Shown here one piece after another: positions 1 through 9,552 of a stretch of 64,000 bases of DNA (positions are counted from its first letter, which is position 1; the number at the start of each line of letters is the position of its first letter). This DNA is from Bacteroidota bacterium (lineage in GTDB: Bacteria; Bacteroidota; Rhodothermia; Rhodothermales; UBA10348). The stretch lies in NCBI GenBank assembly GCA_029262775.1, contig JAJCYR010000091.1, positions 26,080 through 90,079 on the forward strand, in the 5' to 3' direction. The position numbers and the translations under genes were made by a program. The notes below the pieces were generated by a model. It was not told the DNA's origin and ran no database searches. It was given only the letters and a program-made list of their open reading frames with translations.

Positions 1-1
1 C

Positions 2-580
2 ATCCTGCTCTCGGCTGAGCTGATTGCGGCCTTGGTGCGGGCGCAGCTTCTGAACGCGTTTCTGGTCGTCATCATCCTGGTGGTTACGTCCATTCCCCTC
101 TGGCCATCGCTCCGCCGCGTCGAGCAGGCCGTCCATCTGCCGCGCACCCTGCATGCGGCGGTCGTGCTGTTCGTCATGGCCGCGCTGTTTCTCGGCGAAG
201 TGCGGGATTTCTACGCGCGCGTCTGGTGGTGGGACCTGTTGCTGCACGGTATGTCGGGCCTGCTGCTCGGAACAGCGGGCTTTTACCTGGTCTACGCGCT
301 GAACTCACTCGAGCGGGTCGGCATAACACTCAACCCGGGATTTGTGGCATTATTCGCCTTCATCTTCGCCCTTGCCATCGGTGCGCTGTGGGAAATCTTC
401 GAGTTTGCCGTCGACGAGCTCGCGGGCATGAACATGCAGAAGACCATGTTCAATGACCCGTCAGGACTCACCGACACCATGTGGGACATGGTCCTCAATA
501 CGGTCGGCGCCGCAATCGTGAGTGTCGCCGGGTGGCGGCTCCTGCAGCGACGTGAACGCAGTCCCGCCGGGCCTTACTGA
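2..580 (+). CDS. Integral membrane protein, YjdF/DUF2238-like (5'-truncated by window edge)
   Basis: Frame open from position 2; several TM helices; WWDLLLH, GALWEIFEF and DTMWDM motifs typical of this family. Confidence 0.7.
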   Translation: MLLSAELIAALVRAQLLNAFLVVIILVVTSIPLWPSLRRVEQAVHLPRTLHAAVVLFVMAALFLGEVRDFYARVWWWDLLLHGMSGLLLGTAGFYLVYALNSLERVGITLNPGFVALFAFIFALAIGALWEIFEFAVDELAGMNMQKTMFNDPSGLTDTMWDMVLNTVGAAIVSVAGWRLLQRRERSPAGPY

Positions 581-1095
581 ACCGTAATCGTTATTTTTTC
601 CGATATGACTGGCGGATCGTGCGGTGTGTGGGCCCAGTTTCCGAGAATCAGCTGCAGTGTATGCGTTCCCGGATCGAGGTCGACTGTGGTCTCGGTCTGC
701 CCTTTCCCGAAATGGATATGTTTGTCACTGGCCAGAAGCGGAGCGGTCAAATCCGGCAGTTCGTTGACATCGATCATGAGATGATGATGCCCCGTGTTGG
801 CCATCTGTACGCCAGCCGGAGCCACGCCCATTCCCTTCAGCCCGAAACGAACCGTCACGGGGCTGGATACGGTGGCGCCATCCTGCGGCGAAATGATGTA
901 ACTCTCGGCGCCATCCGGTGACGTGTTTGGCGGGGGCGTGGTATCGGTCGGGGGCGGAGGCGGAGCCGTTTCCGTCTGCGGCGCATCGGCGGTCGTACAC
1001 CCGGCCAAAAAGAGTGCGGCGACCAGCAGAGCTGCAGCGGTCGAAACCGGACTGGCAGGTAGATGGGTGGCACGTGGGAGCGTGGTGGGGCTCAT
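574..1095 (-). CDS. DUF4399 domain lipoprotein
   Basis: Lipobox LFLAGC, Pro-rich linker, then GHHHLMID...HIHFGKGQTE...GTHTLQL; start moved to ATG 1095 from the ORF-track 1347. Confidence 0.75.
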   Translation of the reverse strand: MSPTTLPRATHLPASPVSTAAALLVAALFLAGCTTADAPQTETAPPPPPTDTTPPPNTSPDGAESYIISPQDGATVSSPVTVRFGLKGMGVAPAGVQMANTGHHHLMIDVNELPDLTAPLLASDKHIHFGKGQTETTVDLDPGTHTLQLILGNWAHTPHDPPVISEKITITVQ

Positions 1096-1149
1096 GGAAA
1101 TGAACTGGATTGATGGGAATGGCACGTATGGAGAGCTGTACGCGCTCAG

Positions 1150-1330
1150 GGGGCGAGTTGTGCCCCACCCGATGCCGTAACCATCCGCTCCACGGGCGAA
1201 CGAAGCAAGCGCGTCCATGAGCGCACCGGCCTTGTCGGCGTCAGTGAACGCGAACGAAAGCGTTGAATACACCTCCCAGAGCCGCGCAGAGAACCACGAG
1301 GGTCGCTCCCCCTTCGTATCCGGCATTGGA
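1150..1330 (-). pseudogene. Possible degenerate DUF2892 (YgaP-like) small membrane protein
   Basis: Fragments in different minus frames (GATLVVLCAALG / VYSTLSFAFT / SPVERMV) resemble the DUF2892 pattern; DUF2892 genes often follow this RND permease type. Confidence 0.3.
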
Positions 1331-1352
1331 TACCCTTTGATATCCACTTCGC

Positions 1353-4300
1353 TCAGACCTTAACCATGTAGAAAATCAGGGGCACCGTGACGAGGGTCAA
1401 TGCGGTCGATGCAATGGCCCCGCCCATCAGCGAGATGGCAAGCCCCTGGAAAATGGGGTCGAAAAGGATGATGAAGGCGCCGATCACTACCGTCCCCGCC
1501 GTCAACAGAATGGGCCGTGTACGCACGGCGCCGGCCTCAAGGACAGCCTGCCTGAGCGGCTCCCCTTCCCGCAGGCGCAGCTCAATGAAATCAATGAGCA
1601 GCACAGAGTTACGGACCATGATTCCGGCCAGGGCAATGAACCCGATCATGGACGTCGCCGTGAAGAACGCGCCCATGATCCAGTGCCCCACCACAATTCC
1701 GACGAGCGAGAGCGGGATGGCCACCATCATGACAACCGGGGTCAGCAGGTTCTGGAACCAGCCCACAATGAGCAGATAAATCACAATGAGCACCACGCCG
1801 AATGCAATTCCGAGGTCGCGGAACACCTTGTACGTGACGCGCCATTCGCCATCCCATTTGAGGGTATAATCCAGCCCGAAATCCGGTGGCGCAGTGTAGA
1901 GCGTCTCAAATCCGTAGCCCTCCGGAATGCGGATATTGTCCAGGTGCTCCTCAATTTCAAACATGGCATAGACCGGGCTTTCGACCTTTCCAGCAACGTC
2001 ACCCGTGACGTAGATGACCCGCTGCTGGTTCTTACGGTCCAACCGCTTCTCAGCAAGCGTCTCTTCGATCTGGACCAGATCGCCAACGGGAATCATGTCC
2101 CCCGAGGCCGTGCGCAGCTGCAGACCGGCCAGGCGGTCCACACCCGAGCGCGCATCCTCGGCAAGGCGCAGCATGACGGGCACGAGCTCCTTCTCCTTCG
2201 GAAGGCGCATGCGCGAAATCTGTCGTCCACCGAGCGCCGTATTCACGTCCTCTGCAATGCGGCTGGCCGCTATCCCGGCGAGCGCCGCCTTCTCGCGATC
2301 TACCTTCAGCACGTACCGCATCCAGTCTTCGTCCACCATCCAGTCCACATCCACTACGCCTTCAGACGCGGCAAAAGCTTCCATGACCTGGCGCGCCACG
2401 CTGATCTGTACATCGGGATCAGGGCCGTAGATTTCAGCGACCAGCGTCGAGAGCACGGGCGGACCCGGAGGCACCTCGGCCAGTTTGATGTTGGCGCCGA
2501 GCGGCCGGGCAATGTCCTGCAGCCCTCCGCGCATGCGGCGCGCGATGGCGTGGCTCTGCTCGTTTCGCTCATCTTTCGGAAGCAGGTTCACCTGGATGTC
2601 CGCCTCATGCGGAGCACGCCGCATATCATAGTGGCGCACAAGGCCGTTCAGGTTCACCGGCCCCGACGTTCCTGTGTACGTCTGGACATGCGTAACCTCG
2701 GGCTGCTCGCCGAGCCACGCTTCCAGCTCCCGCACCACCGCGTGCGTGCGCTCGAGCGGCGTGCCCTCGGGCATATCGACCATGACCTGGAACTCGCTCT
2801 TGTTGTCGTGCGGCAGCATCTTCATGGACACCGCCCGGAAATAGAAGAGCGACAGCGAGGCCAGCAGCAACACGCCGAGTCCCCCCAGAAACCCCCATCG
2901 CAGTAGACGCCGGTCGAGCAGCGGATCCATCACCAGCCGGTACATGCGCCACGACCAGGTCTTTTCCAGGTCGTAGCCCTCCGCCGAGTCGTCGTCCGCA
3001 TCGTGGTTCTTGAGGAGCCGGAAAGCCAGATACGGCGTCACCATGAGCGCCACGAGCAGCGAAAACATCATGGCAATCGACGCCCCAATCGGCATCGGGC
3101 TCATGTACGGTCCCATGAGTCCCGATACGAAGGCCATGGGCAGCACCGCCGCAATCACAGTCAGCGTTGCCAGGATCGTGGGGTTGCCCACTTCACTGAT
3201 CGCGGCCATGGCGGCCTGCGCAAAGGGCCGCTTCCGCATCCTGAAATGCCGCTCCATATTTTCGGCCACGATGATGGAATCGTCCACCACAATGCCTGTC
3301 ACGAAAATCAGCGCAAAGAGCGTGATTCGGTTGAGCGTGTACCCGAACATGTAATACACAAAAAGCGTCAGCGCAAAACTGATGGGCACCGACAGAAAAA
3401 CCACCAGTCCGCCCCGCCACCCCATGGCGAGACCCACCACAATGGTCACGGCGCCGATAGCCACCATCAGGTGCAACAGCAGTTCCATCACCTTGTTGAG
3501 CGCACTTTCGCCGTAATTCCGCGTGGTGGTCAGGGTCACATCCGACGGAAGAAGCGTCGGCGAGAGCCGTTCCACGCCATGCAGCACCCGCTCGGCCACC
3601 GACATGGCATCCTGCCCGGGACGCTTCGCGATGGCAAGCGTCACTGCCGGCCGCGCACCCGCTGCGCGCGAGGAAAAGCCCACATAGCTCGTCGGTTCGG
3701 CCGGTCCATCAGCAACAGTCGCCACATCTGAGAGGTGAATGGGCTGTCCGCCATGAACGCCCACGACGATGCCGGCGGCGTCCGCTGCATCGGCCAGAAA
3801 ATGACCCGTTTCGACGGCGAACAGCTCGTCACCCTGCGCAAAGGTTCCCGCCAGCAGTCTGTTATTGGTCGATGCAACGGCCCGCGATATGTCCCCAAGG
3901 CCGAGCTCGTAGGCGGCGAGTTGCTCCGGGTTGGGCGTGATGCTCAGCTGGCGGGTGCGGCCGCCAATCACGTCCACACGGGCTACGCCGTCTATTTTCT
4001 TGATTTCCGCGGCCAGTTCCACGCCCATTCGGCGCAGGTCATAGTCGTCGTACGACGTGCTGTGGAGCGTGAGCGCAAGCACGGGGACATCGTCCACGTC
4101 GCGCGTCTTGATGAGCGGCATGGTGACGCCCTCGGGCATGGTTTCCATGCGCTTGAGCAGCTCTTCGTAGAGACCGACGAGGCTCTCCTCGACATTCTCG
4201 CCAACATACCATGTTGCGCTGATGAGCGCTTGGCCGGGAAGAGCGGTCGAAAAGATGTATTCGACGCCTTCGATGTTCCCCAGCAGATGCTCAATGGGCT

Positions 4301-4529
4301 GTATGACGACGCTCTCCATTTCCTCGGGGCTTGCCCCCGGCATGGCGAGCGCGATGTCGACCATGGGAACCTCGATCTGCGGGTCCTCTTCCTTGGGGGT
4401 GAGCACAGCGCTGTAGATGCCAATGCCCATGAAGACGGCCATGAGGAGTGGCGTCAGCTTGGAGTGGATGAAGACGGCCGCAATGCGGCCGGCCAGTCCT
4501 TCTCCCTGGATGTGGGGATGCGTTTTCAT
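1353..4529 (-). CDS. RND efflux transporter permease subunit (AcrB/CusA superfamily)
   Basis: 1058 aa; two large periplasmic loops; GIVVDDSIIVAEN and GIMVRNSVLLIDF...RTRPILLT motifs. Confidence 0.95.
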   Translation of the reverse strand: MKTHPHIQGEGLAGRIAAVFIHSKLTPLLMAVFMGIGIYSAVLTPKEEDPQIEVPMVDIALAMPGASPEEMESVVIQPIEHLLGNIEGVEYIFSTALPGQALISATWYVGENVEESLVGLYEELLKRMETMPEGVTMPLIKTRDVDDVPVLALTLHSTSYDDYDLRRMGVELAAEIKKIDGVARVDVIGGRTRQLSITPNPEQLAAYELGLGDISRAVASTNNRLLAGTFAQGDELFAVETGHFLADAADAAGIVVGVHGGQPIHLSDVATVADGPAEPTSYVGFSSRAAGARPAVTLAIAKRPGQDAMSVAERVLHGVERLSPTLLPSDVTLTTTRNYGESALNKVMELLLHLMVAIGAVTIVVGLAMGWRGGLVVFLSVPISFALTLFVYYMFGYTLNRITLFALIFVTGIVVDDSIIVAENMERHFRMRKRPFAQAAMAAISEVGNPTILATLTVIAAVLPMAFVSGLMGPYMSPMPIGASIAMMFSLLVALMVTPYLAFRLLKNHDADDDSAEGYDLEKTWSWRMYRLVMDPLLDRRLLRWGFLGGLGVLLLASLSLFYFRAVSMKMLPHDNKSEFQVMVDMPEGTPLERTHAVVRELEAWLGEQPEVTHVQTYTGTSGPVNLNGLVRHYDMRRAPHEADIQVNLLPKDERNEQSHAIARRMRGGLQDIARPLGANIKLAEVPPGPPVLSTLVAEIYGPDPDVQISVARQVMEAFAASEGVVDVDWMVDEDWMRYVLKVDREKAALAGIAASRIAEDVNTALGGRQISRMRLPKEKELVPVMLRLAEDARSGVDRLAGLQLRTASGDMIPVGDLVQIEETLAEKRLDRKNQQRVIYVTGDVAGKVESPVYAMFEIEEHLDNIRIPEGYGFETLYTAPPDFGLDYTLKWDGEWRVTYKVFRDLGIAFGVVLIVIYLLIVGWFQNLLTPVVMMVAIPLSLVGIVVGHWIMGAFFTATSMIGFIALAGIMVRNSVLLIDFIELRLREGEPLRQAVLEAGAVRTRPILLTAGTVVIGAFIILFDPIFQGLAISLMGGAIASTALTLVTVPLIFYMVKV

Positions 4530-5635
4530 TGTTCGCGCACCTCCTGGCCATCGGTGATCCGGCCGCGTGCCGAGAGCACGATCCGCTCGCCGGCGCGTAG
4601 TCCCGAGAGGACCTCGACCTCGTCGCCGCGGCGCGCGCCGAGCCGGACCCAGCGGAGCCGCGCGCGATTACTATCCGAAACGGCCCAGACTCCGGTGAGC
4701 TGGCCGCGCGTGACGAGCGCACCGGCAGGAATAATGATCCGTTCCTCATCGCCCACCGGTCGGACACTCACGTGGAGGCGGGCGTACATGCCCGGCTTCA
4801 GCCCGCCTCCGGAGCCGTCGCCGAGGGGTTCCAGCCGATCGACTTCAACCCGGTATTGCCGGGCAGGGGCGCTTGCGGCTTGGTTTATCGTGGCCAGCCG
4901 GCCTTGGAATCGGGCTCCGACGGCGTCCATATCGACAAAAACGGTGTCCCCCTCGGACAACTGGCTCACCTGGCTCTCTGGAACGAGCGCCACGACGCGC
5001 AGGTCGGACGTGGTTTCGACTTCCAGAATGGGTTGCCCGGGCTGCGCCATCGTGCCAGGGTCTGCATATCGGGCCACGGCGTGCCCGGTAACGGGCGATG
5101 TGATTACGGCGTATGTGAGCTGCTGCGCCACGGCTGCCACCGCACTCTCGGCCGCCGCCAGTGCAGCCTGGGCCTGTTCGTGCATGGTCCGAACCTCTTC
5201 CAACTCGCGCTCGGTCGCGCTTCCCCGCTCGCGAAGCGCTGTAAACCGGTCGAACTGATTGCGCGCAGCCGTGAGGGCCGTCTTCGCCTGCTGGCGCATG
5301 GCTTCAGCACGCGCTTTTTCGGCTCTCAGCGCTGACTGATCGAGTTCGACGAGCACGTCACCTTCCGCTACGCGATCCCCTTCCTGCACGGCAATCCGGT
5401 CAATCCGGGCCATGAGCGTAGTGCTCACCACCACGCGGCGATCTCCTTCCACCTGCGCGGGAAACGCGTACAATGCACTGGCCGCCGATGCCTCCACGGT
5501 CATCACCGTTACTGGGACGATCTGCTGGCCTGCAGGGGCATCGGAAGTGGGCGACGCGTCGTTTCCACACGCGCCGAGCAGAAGACTGGCCGCAGCCAAT
5601 ACGCGAAGTATGGGAGGGGTCATTGGACGAGCCAT
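4526..5635 (-). CDS. RND periplasmic adaptor (membrane fusion) lipoprotein
   Basis: Lipobox LLLGAC; V.EGD.V..GDVL lipoyl half-motif, coiled coil, LKPGMYAR; ATGA overlap with the permease. Confidence 0.92.
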   Translation of the reverse strand: MARPMTPPILRVLAAASLLLGACGNDASPTSDAPAGQQIVPVTVMTVEASAASALYAFPAQVEGDRRVVVSTTLMARIDRIAVQEGDRVAEGDVLVELDQSALRAEKARAEAMRQQAKTALTAARNQFDRFTALRERGSATERELEEVRTMHEQAQAALAAAESAVAAVAQQLTYAVITSPVTGHAVARYADPGTMAQPGQPILEVETTSDLRVVALVPESQVSQLSEGDTVFVDMDAVGARFQGRLATINQAASAPARQYRVEVDRLEPLGDGSGGGLKPGMYARLHVSVRPVGDEERIIIPAGALVTRGQLTGVWAVSDSNRARLRWVRLGARRGDEVEVLSGLRAGERIVLSARGRITDGQEVREQ

Positions 5636-6972
5636 TCGATTTTCTGTACGGTTGTATTCCAGGAATAGAGTGCATTGAGATGGGCCAGACGCTGCGTGGC
5701 GAGCTCCACTTCGGCAGCGAGTACATCCTGTGCTTTTTCCAGATTCTGTTCGTAGCGATCGCGCCGCATGCGGAGCATTTCGCGCGCGAGCGCCACGCCG
5801 CGCTCCGTGCGCGTGAGGCGCTCGCGCGCCACATCCAGCTCGCGGAGAGCGCTTCCAAGGGCGACTTCGTTCTGAAGTGCACGTTCCTTGAGGGCGAGGT
5901 CCGCTGCGCTCACGTCCGCCTTTGCACGCTGCACCGCCCCGACGCGCTGCATCCCGGAAAACAGGTTCCAGGAGAGCGTTATGCCCGCCATCCAGTTGTC
6001 TCCGCGCGTGCCGAAGGCCTGGTCATCGTTCAGTTCGTAGGCGCCCATGGCGTGGACCTTCGGCAAATATCCTGCTTTTTCGGCCTGGAGCTGGCTCCTG
6101 GCCCCCGATGCCACGCGCCTCAGGGCCTGCATGTCGGCCCGCTGCGTATTGACAGCCTCGAGGTCAATCAGCGCCAGGTTGATGCCGGCCTTCGTGAGCG
6201 GCGTCGTCGGAACAAGCAATACGTTGTCTGTCATGCCGAGCAACAGGCGCAGCTCGTGGGCGGCATTGGCATGCGCGGCATCTGCCTCGGCGCGCTGGCT
6301 TTCAAGGTCGAGAACCCGGACTTCTGCTCCCAGCACGTCCGCCCGGGGAGCCAGCCCCTGGTCAAAAAAGTCAGTCACAAGCTTCAGGTTGCTCCTCGCT
6401 GCCGTCAGTGCAGAATCGAGTACCGTCGTGCGCTCCCGGGCTACTGCGAGCCCGAAATAGACGTTTTTGACCTGGCGCACGGTGGTTTGACGCGTGCGCG
6501 CGGCCATGAGGCCTGTGGCCTCGGCAGTGGCTCCAGCCGCGCGGCGTTTCTGCAGGGCTCCCGGATCAAAAAGCGGCTGCTGCACCTGGACGATGGTGGC
6601 CCAGTTCGTGATGCGGTCGGGATTGTTGAGTGCTTCTGGCGAGAAAAGCGACATGTCCGCCCGCTCCTGTTTGAGTTGAAATGCAAAGGCATTTGCCGGG
6701 TCGTTGGTTGTCATGGCCTGCTCCATGACGGTAAGTTGTGGCAGAAAAGCCGCCAGCGACTGCGTTCTCTCACCCCGTGCCGCATCGTGTCTCGAAGCAG
6801 CTGCCCGGTTTCCGAAATTGCCTTCCTGCGCCAGCGTCAGCGCTTCTTCAAGCGATATCTCGCGCAGCGGGGCGCTCTGCCCAGGGGCGTTTTGTCCAAG
6901 GCTGCTCTGCCCACGGGCGGACGGGGCCACACAGACAAGCATCAGGCTCAGTGTCGCGATTTTCTTGGTCAT
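5620..6972 (-). CDS. TolC family outer membrane efflux protein
   Basis: Signal peptide from ATG 6972 (MTKKIATL); two OEP repeats (AFLPQL..., GYLPKV...); first gene of the RND operon. Confidence 0.9.
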   Translation of the reverse strand: MTKKIATLSLMLVCVAPSARGQSSLGQNAPGQSAPLREISLEEALTLAQEGNFGNRAAASRHDAARGERTQSLAAFLPQLTVMEQAMTTNDPANAFAFQLKQERADMSLFSPEALNNPDRITNWATIVQVQQPLFDPGALQKRRAAGATAEATGLMAARTRQTTVRQVKNVYFGLAVARERTTVLDSALTAARSNLKLVTDFFDQGLAPRADVLGAEVRVLDLESQRAEADAAHANAAHELRLLLGMTDNVLLVPTTPLTKAGINLALIDLEAVNTQRADMQALRRVASGARSQLQAEKAGYLPKVHAMGAYELNDDQAFGTRGDNWMAGITLSWNLFSGMQRVGAVQRAKADVSAADLALKERALQNEVALGSALRELDVARERLTRTERGVALAREMLRMRRDRYEQNLEKAQDVLAAEVELATQRLAHLNALYSWNTTVQKIEWLVQ

Positions 6973-7044
6973 ACGTAAAATCCGGTCGTGTCCATGTGGC
7001 GGTGTGGATGCACGTAATATATCGATACGGTTATATAGTTCCAA

Positions 7045-7238
7045 GTTTTATATTTTTGACTTTCCCAATAATGAAGCTTGTTTGTGATGATTTCATGTCA
7101 ATTCACGCCATAATCATCATGAAATTGCATTGAACGACACGCGTGGAACAAGACATATACATCACTGTATGCGCATACAGATCTATCTTACCGCCTCGTT
7201 TCTTCATTACTGCCGCGTTCGTCCAAACATCCCAGTCC
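7045..7238. promoter_or_regulatory. AT-rich divergent promoter region between tolC and arsR with candidate operator
   Basis: AT-rich island in GC-rich DNA; inverted repeat ATTTCATG (7090-7097) / CATGAAAT (7118-7125). Confidence 0.45.
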
Positions 7239-7553
7239 ATGGCAACCGACCTCGTCCCACGTGAAATCATGCACCGTGCTGCGCGTCGATTCAAGATGCT
7301 CAGTGAACCTGTACGGCTTGAAATACTGAGCCTGCTTCACGAGCGGGGTGAAATGAGCGTGCAGGAACTGGTTGAGAAAACCGGCCAGCACCAGGCCAAC
7401 ATCAGCAAGCACCTCGGCCAGCTCGCGGCAGAAAAATGCGTTAAACGCCGCAAAGAAGGACTATTTGCCTACTACTCGATCAGCGACCCCACCCTCTCTG
7501 CCATCTGTATGCTGGTGTGCGGACGCCTCCGCCAGGAAGCGGGCGCCGCGTGA
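7239..7553 (+). CDS. ArsR/SmtB family transcriptional regulator
   Basis: FKMLSEPVRLEIL...SVQELV...QANISKHL...RRKEG..AYY winged HTH; C-terminal CMLVC. Confidence 0.92.
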   Translation: MATDLVPREIMHRAARRFKMLSEPVRLEILSLLHERGEMSVQELVEKTGQHQANISKHLGQLAAEKCVKRRKEGLFAYYSISDPTLSAICMLVCGRLRQEAGAA

Positions 7554-7578
7554 CGAACACGTTCTACCCAAACTTCAT

Positions 7579-7608
7579 TTGCCCCTTTTGCCCGAATGGT
7601 GATATATT
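7579..7608 (+). promoter_or_regulatory. Candidate sigma70-type promoter of tRNA-Arg
   Basis: TTGCCC-18 bp-TATATT with TG extended -10, ending 18 bp upstream of the tRNA. Confidence 0.35.
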
Positions 7609-7626
7609 GCGGGTCCAATGAAACAC

Positions 7627-7700
<74 letters not shown>

Positions 7701-7701
7701 C

Positions 7702-7747
7702 ATTGAACGCTTGGTCGGCCCTGTGCCGGCCAAGCGTTCAATATTTT
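7702..7747 (+). terminator. Hairpin / rho-independent terminator after tRNA
   Basis: ATTGAACGCTTGG...CCAAGCGTTCAAT stem followed by ATTTT. Confidence 0.65.
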
Positions 7748-7856
7748 GCGGGGAGGTCGAACTCCTGAAAAGGGAGTTCAAACGAGCAGGCAACCACCCC
7801 AACAAAGCCTCGGCGACAGCCTGCGACTAACGGAGTCCGCAACAGCGGACGACGTA

Positions 7857-7879
7857 AATCTTCTCGGGCACACATTGAA
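7857..7879 (+). repeat. 23-bp direct repeat copy 2 (duplicated tRNA 3' end; att-like)
   Basis: Exact copy of 7685-7707, 172 bp downstream. Confidence 0.9.
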
Positions 7880-7914
7880 AAGGTCCATGGGCTCCCGCCC
7901 GTGGACCTTTTCAA
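7875..7914 (+). terminator. Hairpin after the duplicated tRNA end (likely the displaced original terminator)
   Basis: TTGAAAAGGTCCATGGGC / GCCCGTGGACCTTTTCAA inverted repeat. Confidence 0.6.
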
Positions 7915-7936
7915 ATTCTGTACGACAGGTTCGAAC

Positions 7937-8215
7937 TGAACCGCCCCGGGTTTGCTGGAGACTCCAGAATATGAGAGATTGGAGTCATGAAAGCAAAAAC
8001 AGGTTCTTGAGATACGCCCCAGAAGTCCGGGAACGAGCAGTGCGTTTGGTATTCGACCACACGCATGAATACACGTCGCATGGGCGGCGATTCAGTCGAT
8101 CGCAGAGAAAATTGGCTGTACGGCGGAGACCCTTCGAAGACGGGTCCGTCAATCGGAATACAACGCGCCAATAAGATCCCAGGAAGGCATCGGCCTATTT
8201 TGCCCAGCGGCGCCT
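7937..8215 (+). mobile_element. IS3-family (IS51/IS629-like group) remnant: left IR plus frameshifted orfA
   Basis: Starts TGAACCGCCCCGGGTTTGCTGGAGACT; broken translation RYAPEVRERAVRLV...WAAIQSIAEKIGCTAETLR...ASAYFAQ; no orfB or right IR seen. Confidence 0.8.
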
Positions 8216-8362
8216 CTCAGGGTAGTTGTCGCATGATTGGTTTCATGAAGCGGGCCGGATTCCAAGCGACCATCACGACTCCCTGCCCGACATCAACCAA
8301 ACTGACGTCGTCGTATCTTCCGGACCCAACACTTGAATCCGAATTTGCCCGCTCACACCGCC

Positions 8363-8614
8363 ATGCCCATCGAACTCAGAAAGGAAAACCGGAAGGAAGC
8401 CATCCAGTCGCTCCAGGCCTACATGCGCGACGAACATGACGAGGACATGGGATCCATAGCGGCGGGCAGCCTGCTTGACCACGTGCTCGCCGACATAGGT
8501 CCAAGCATCCGAAACGAAGCCATCAGAATAGTCCAGGAGAGCCTGGCTGCTCGACTGGCTGAACTGGATGTGGAATTCGGCGAAATGGAATTTCCGGTCT
8601 CCCGCCGGAAGTAG
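8363..8614 (+). CDS. DUF2164 family protein
   Basis: 83 aa MPIELRKE...AIQSLQAYM...MGSIAAGSLLD...IGPSIRNEA pattern. Confidence 0.7.
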   Translation: MPIELRKENRKEAIQSLQAYMRDEHDEDMGSIAAGSLLDHVLADIGPSIRNEAIRIVQESLAARLAELDVEFGEMEFPVSRRK

Positions 8615-8634
8615 TGCCGCTGTACGACACACCA

Positions 8635-9084
8635 TCACGCGAGGCGCCCTGGGTCGAACGCCGAATCGAACGGATTGATAAACGTGACGCCTTCCAGCGT
8701 ACCATTGGATCGAAAGTCCTCGCTGAGCACGACCGGAATCTGATTCAGTCGGGCCACCGCCCAGATCTGCGAGTCGTAATAAGACAGGCTATATACGCGA
8801 ACACCTCGAACAGCTTCCAGTACTATGGCTGCTGTCAGTGGTAGTACGGGGATGGCCCGCATATAGTGCTCTACGATGGCATAGACTCGTTCCGTCCCAC
8901 TCGGTTGCGGTACGTTTTTCAGCGAGACGTTGGCGAATTCAGCGAGAACCTGCGCCGTAATCACAGCACTTTCGGCCGAGACCACAGTTTCCAGCACTGT
9001 GTTTGCCCGCATCATCCGGGTAGGATCGGAATGGTCGATGGCATACACCAATACATTGGTATCGATCAGACACGTCATACGCAT
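8635..9084 (-). CDS. PIN-domain ribonuclease toxin (VapC-like)
   Basis: LIDTNVLVYA, QVLAEF, LSYYDSQIWA, LSEDF acidic PIN motifs. Confidence 0.9.
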   Translation of the reverse strand: MRMTCLIDTNVLVYAIDHSDPTRMMRANTVLETVVSAESAVITAQVLAEFANVSLKNVPQPSGTERVYAIVEHYMRAIPVLPLTAAIVLEAVRGVRVYSLSYYDSQIWAVARLNQIPVVLSEDFRSNGTLEGVTFINPFDSAFDPGRLA

Positions 9085-9368
9085 TGATCCGATCCAGGCT
9101 CGCGCACGCTCCGCTCTTCGTACCCCTTCATTCGATCGAAGACAAAACTCTTTCCGAACGTTACGTTTCGCGACAGGTCGACATTCGCTTCCACGAGTTC
9201 CCTGGCCAGGCTGGCCTGATCGCGATGCAGGCCAGTACCACTGGTCTTGGTCAGGTAGGCGACCAAGGCATCCCGGACGACCCCTGCTTCTGATTTCCCT
9301 TCGGCTTTGGCGCTGGCTTTCAGGGCCTGTTCCTGCTCATCCGTTATGTAGAGTTGTTTCCGGACCAT
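9075..9368 (-). CDS. CopG/ribbon-helix-helix antitoxin
   Basis: MVRKQLYITDEQEQALKASAKAEGKSEAGVVRDAL RHH fold; directly upstream of and overlapping the PIN gene; start reassigned to ATG 9368. Confidence 0.85.
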   Translation of the reverse strand: MVRKQLYITDEQEQALKASAKAEGKSEAGVVRDALVAYLTKTSGTGLHRDQASLARELVEANVDLSRNVTFGKSFVFDRMKGYEERSVREPGSDQCV

Positions 9369-9382
9369 GTCTACCCGAATAA

Positions 9383-9407
9383 GTAATGTATACATCATAT
9401 ACATTAC
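9383..9407. promoter_or_regulatory. Palindromic operator of the TA operon
   Basis: Perfect GTAATGTATA-N5-TATACATTAC inverted repeat 14 bp upstream of the antitoxin start. Confidence 0.7.
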
Positions 9408-9552
9408 ATTGAGATTCGTGTTCCGCCAAACTTTCGACGCCACACGGGTTTGTATGTATCGACAAGGAAACATATCGTGAGCCACACACACGAAGCGTGC
9501 GCAGGCCCTCTGTAACCCACCCCCAGGTCGTCCGCAATCTATCCCATAGCCC

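Noticed and set aside
1683-6978. Long + strand ORFs (1683..2906, 3735..5258, 5473..6978)
   Set aside because: Antisense shadows of the RND operon in GC-rich DNA; no motifs. The same applies to 20950..22437, 37451..38926 and 39536..41071.
7746-8439. Functional transposase ORFs
   Set aside because: orfA is frameshifted; orfB (DDE) and the right IR are missing
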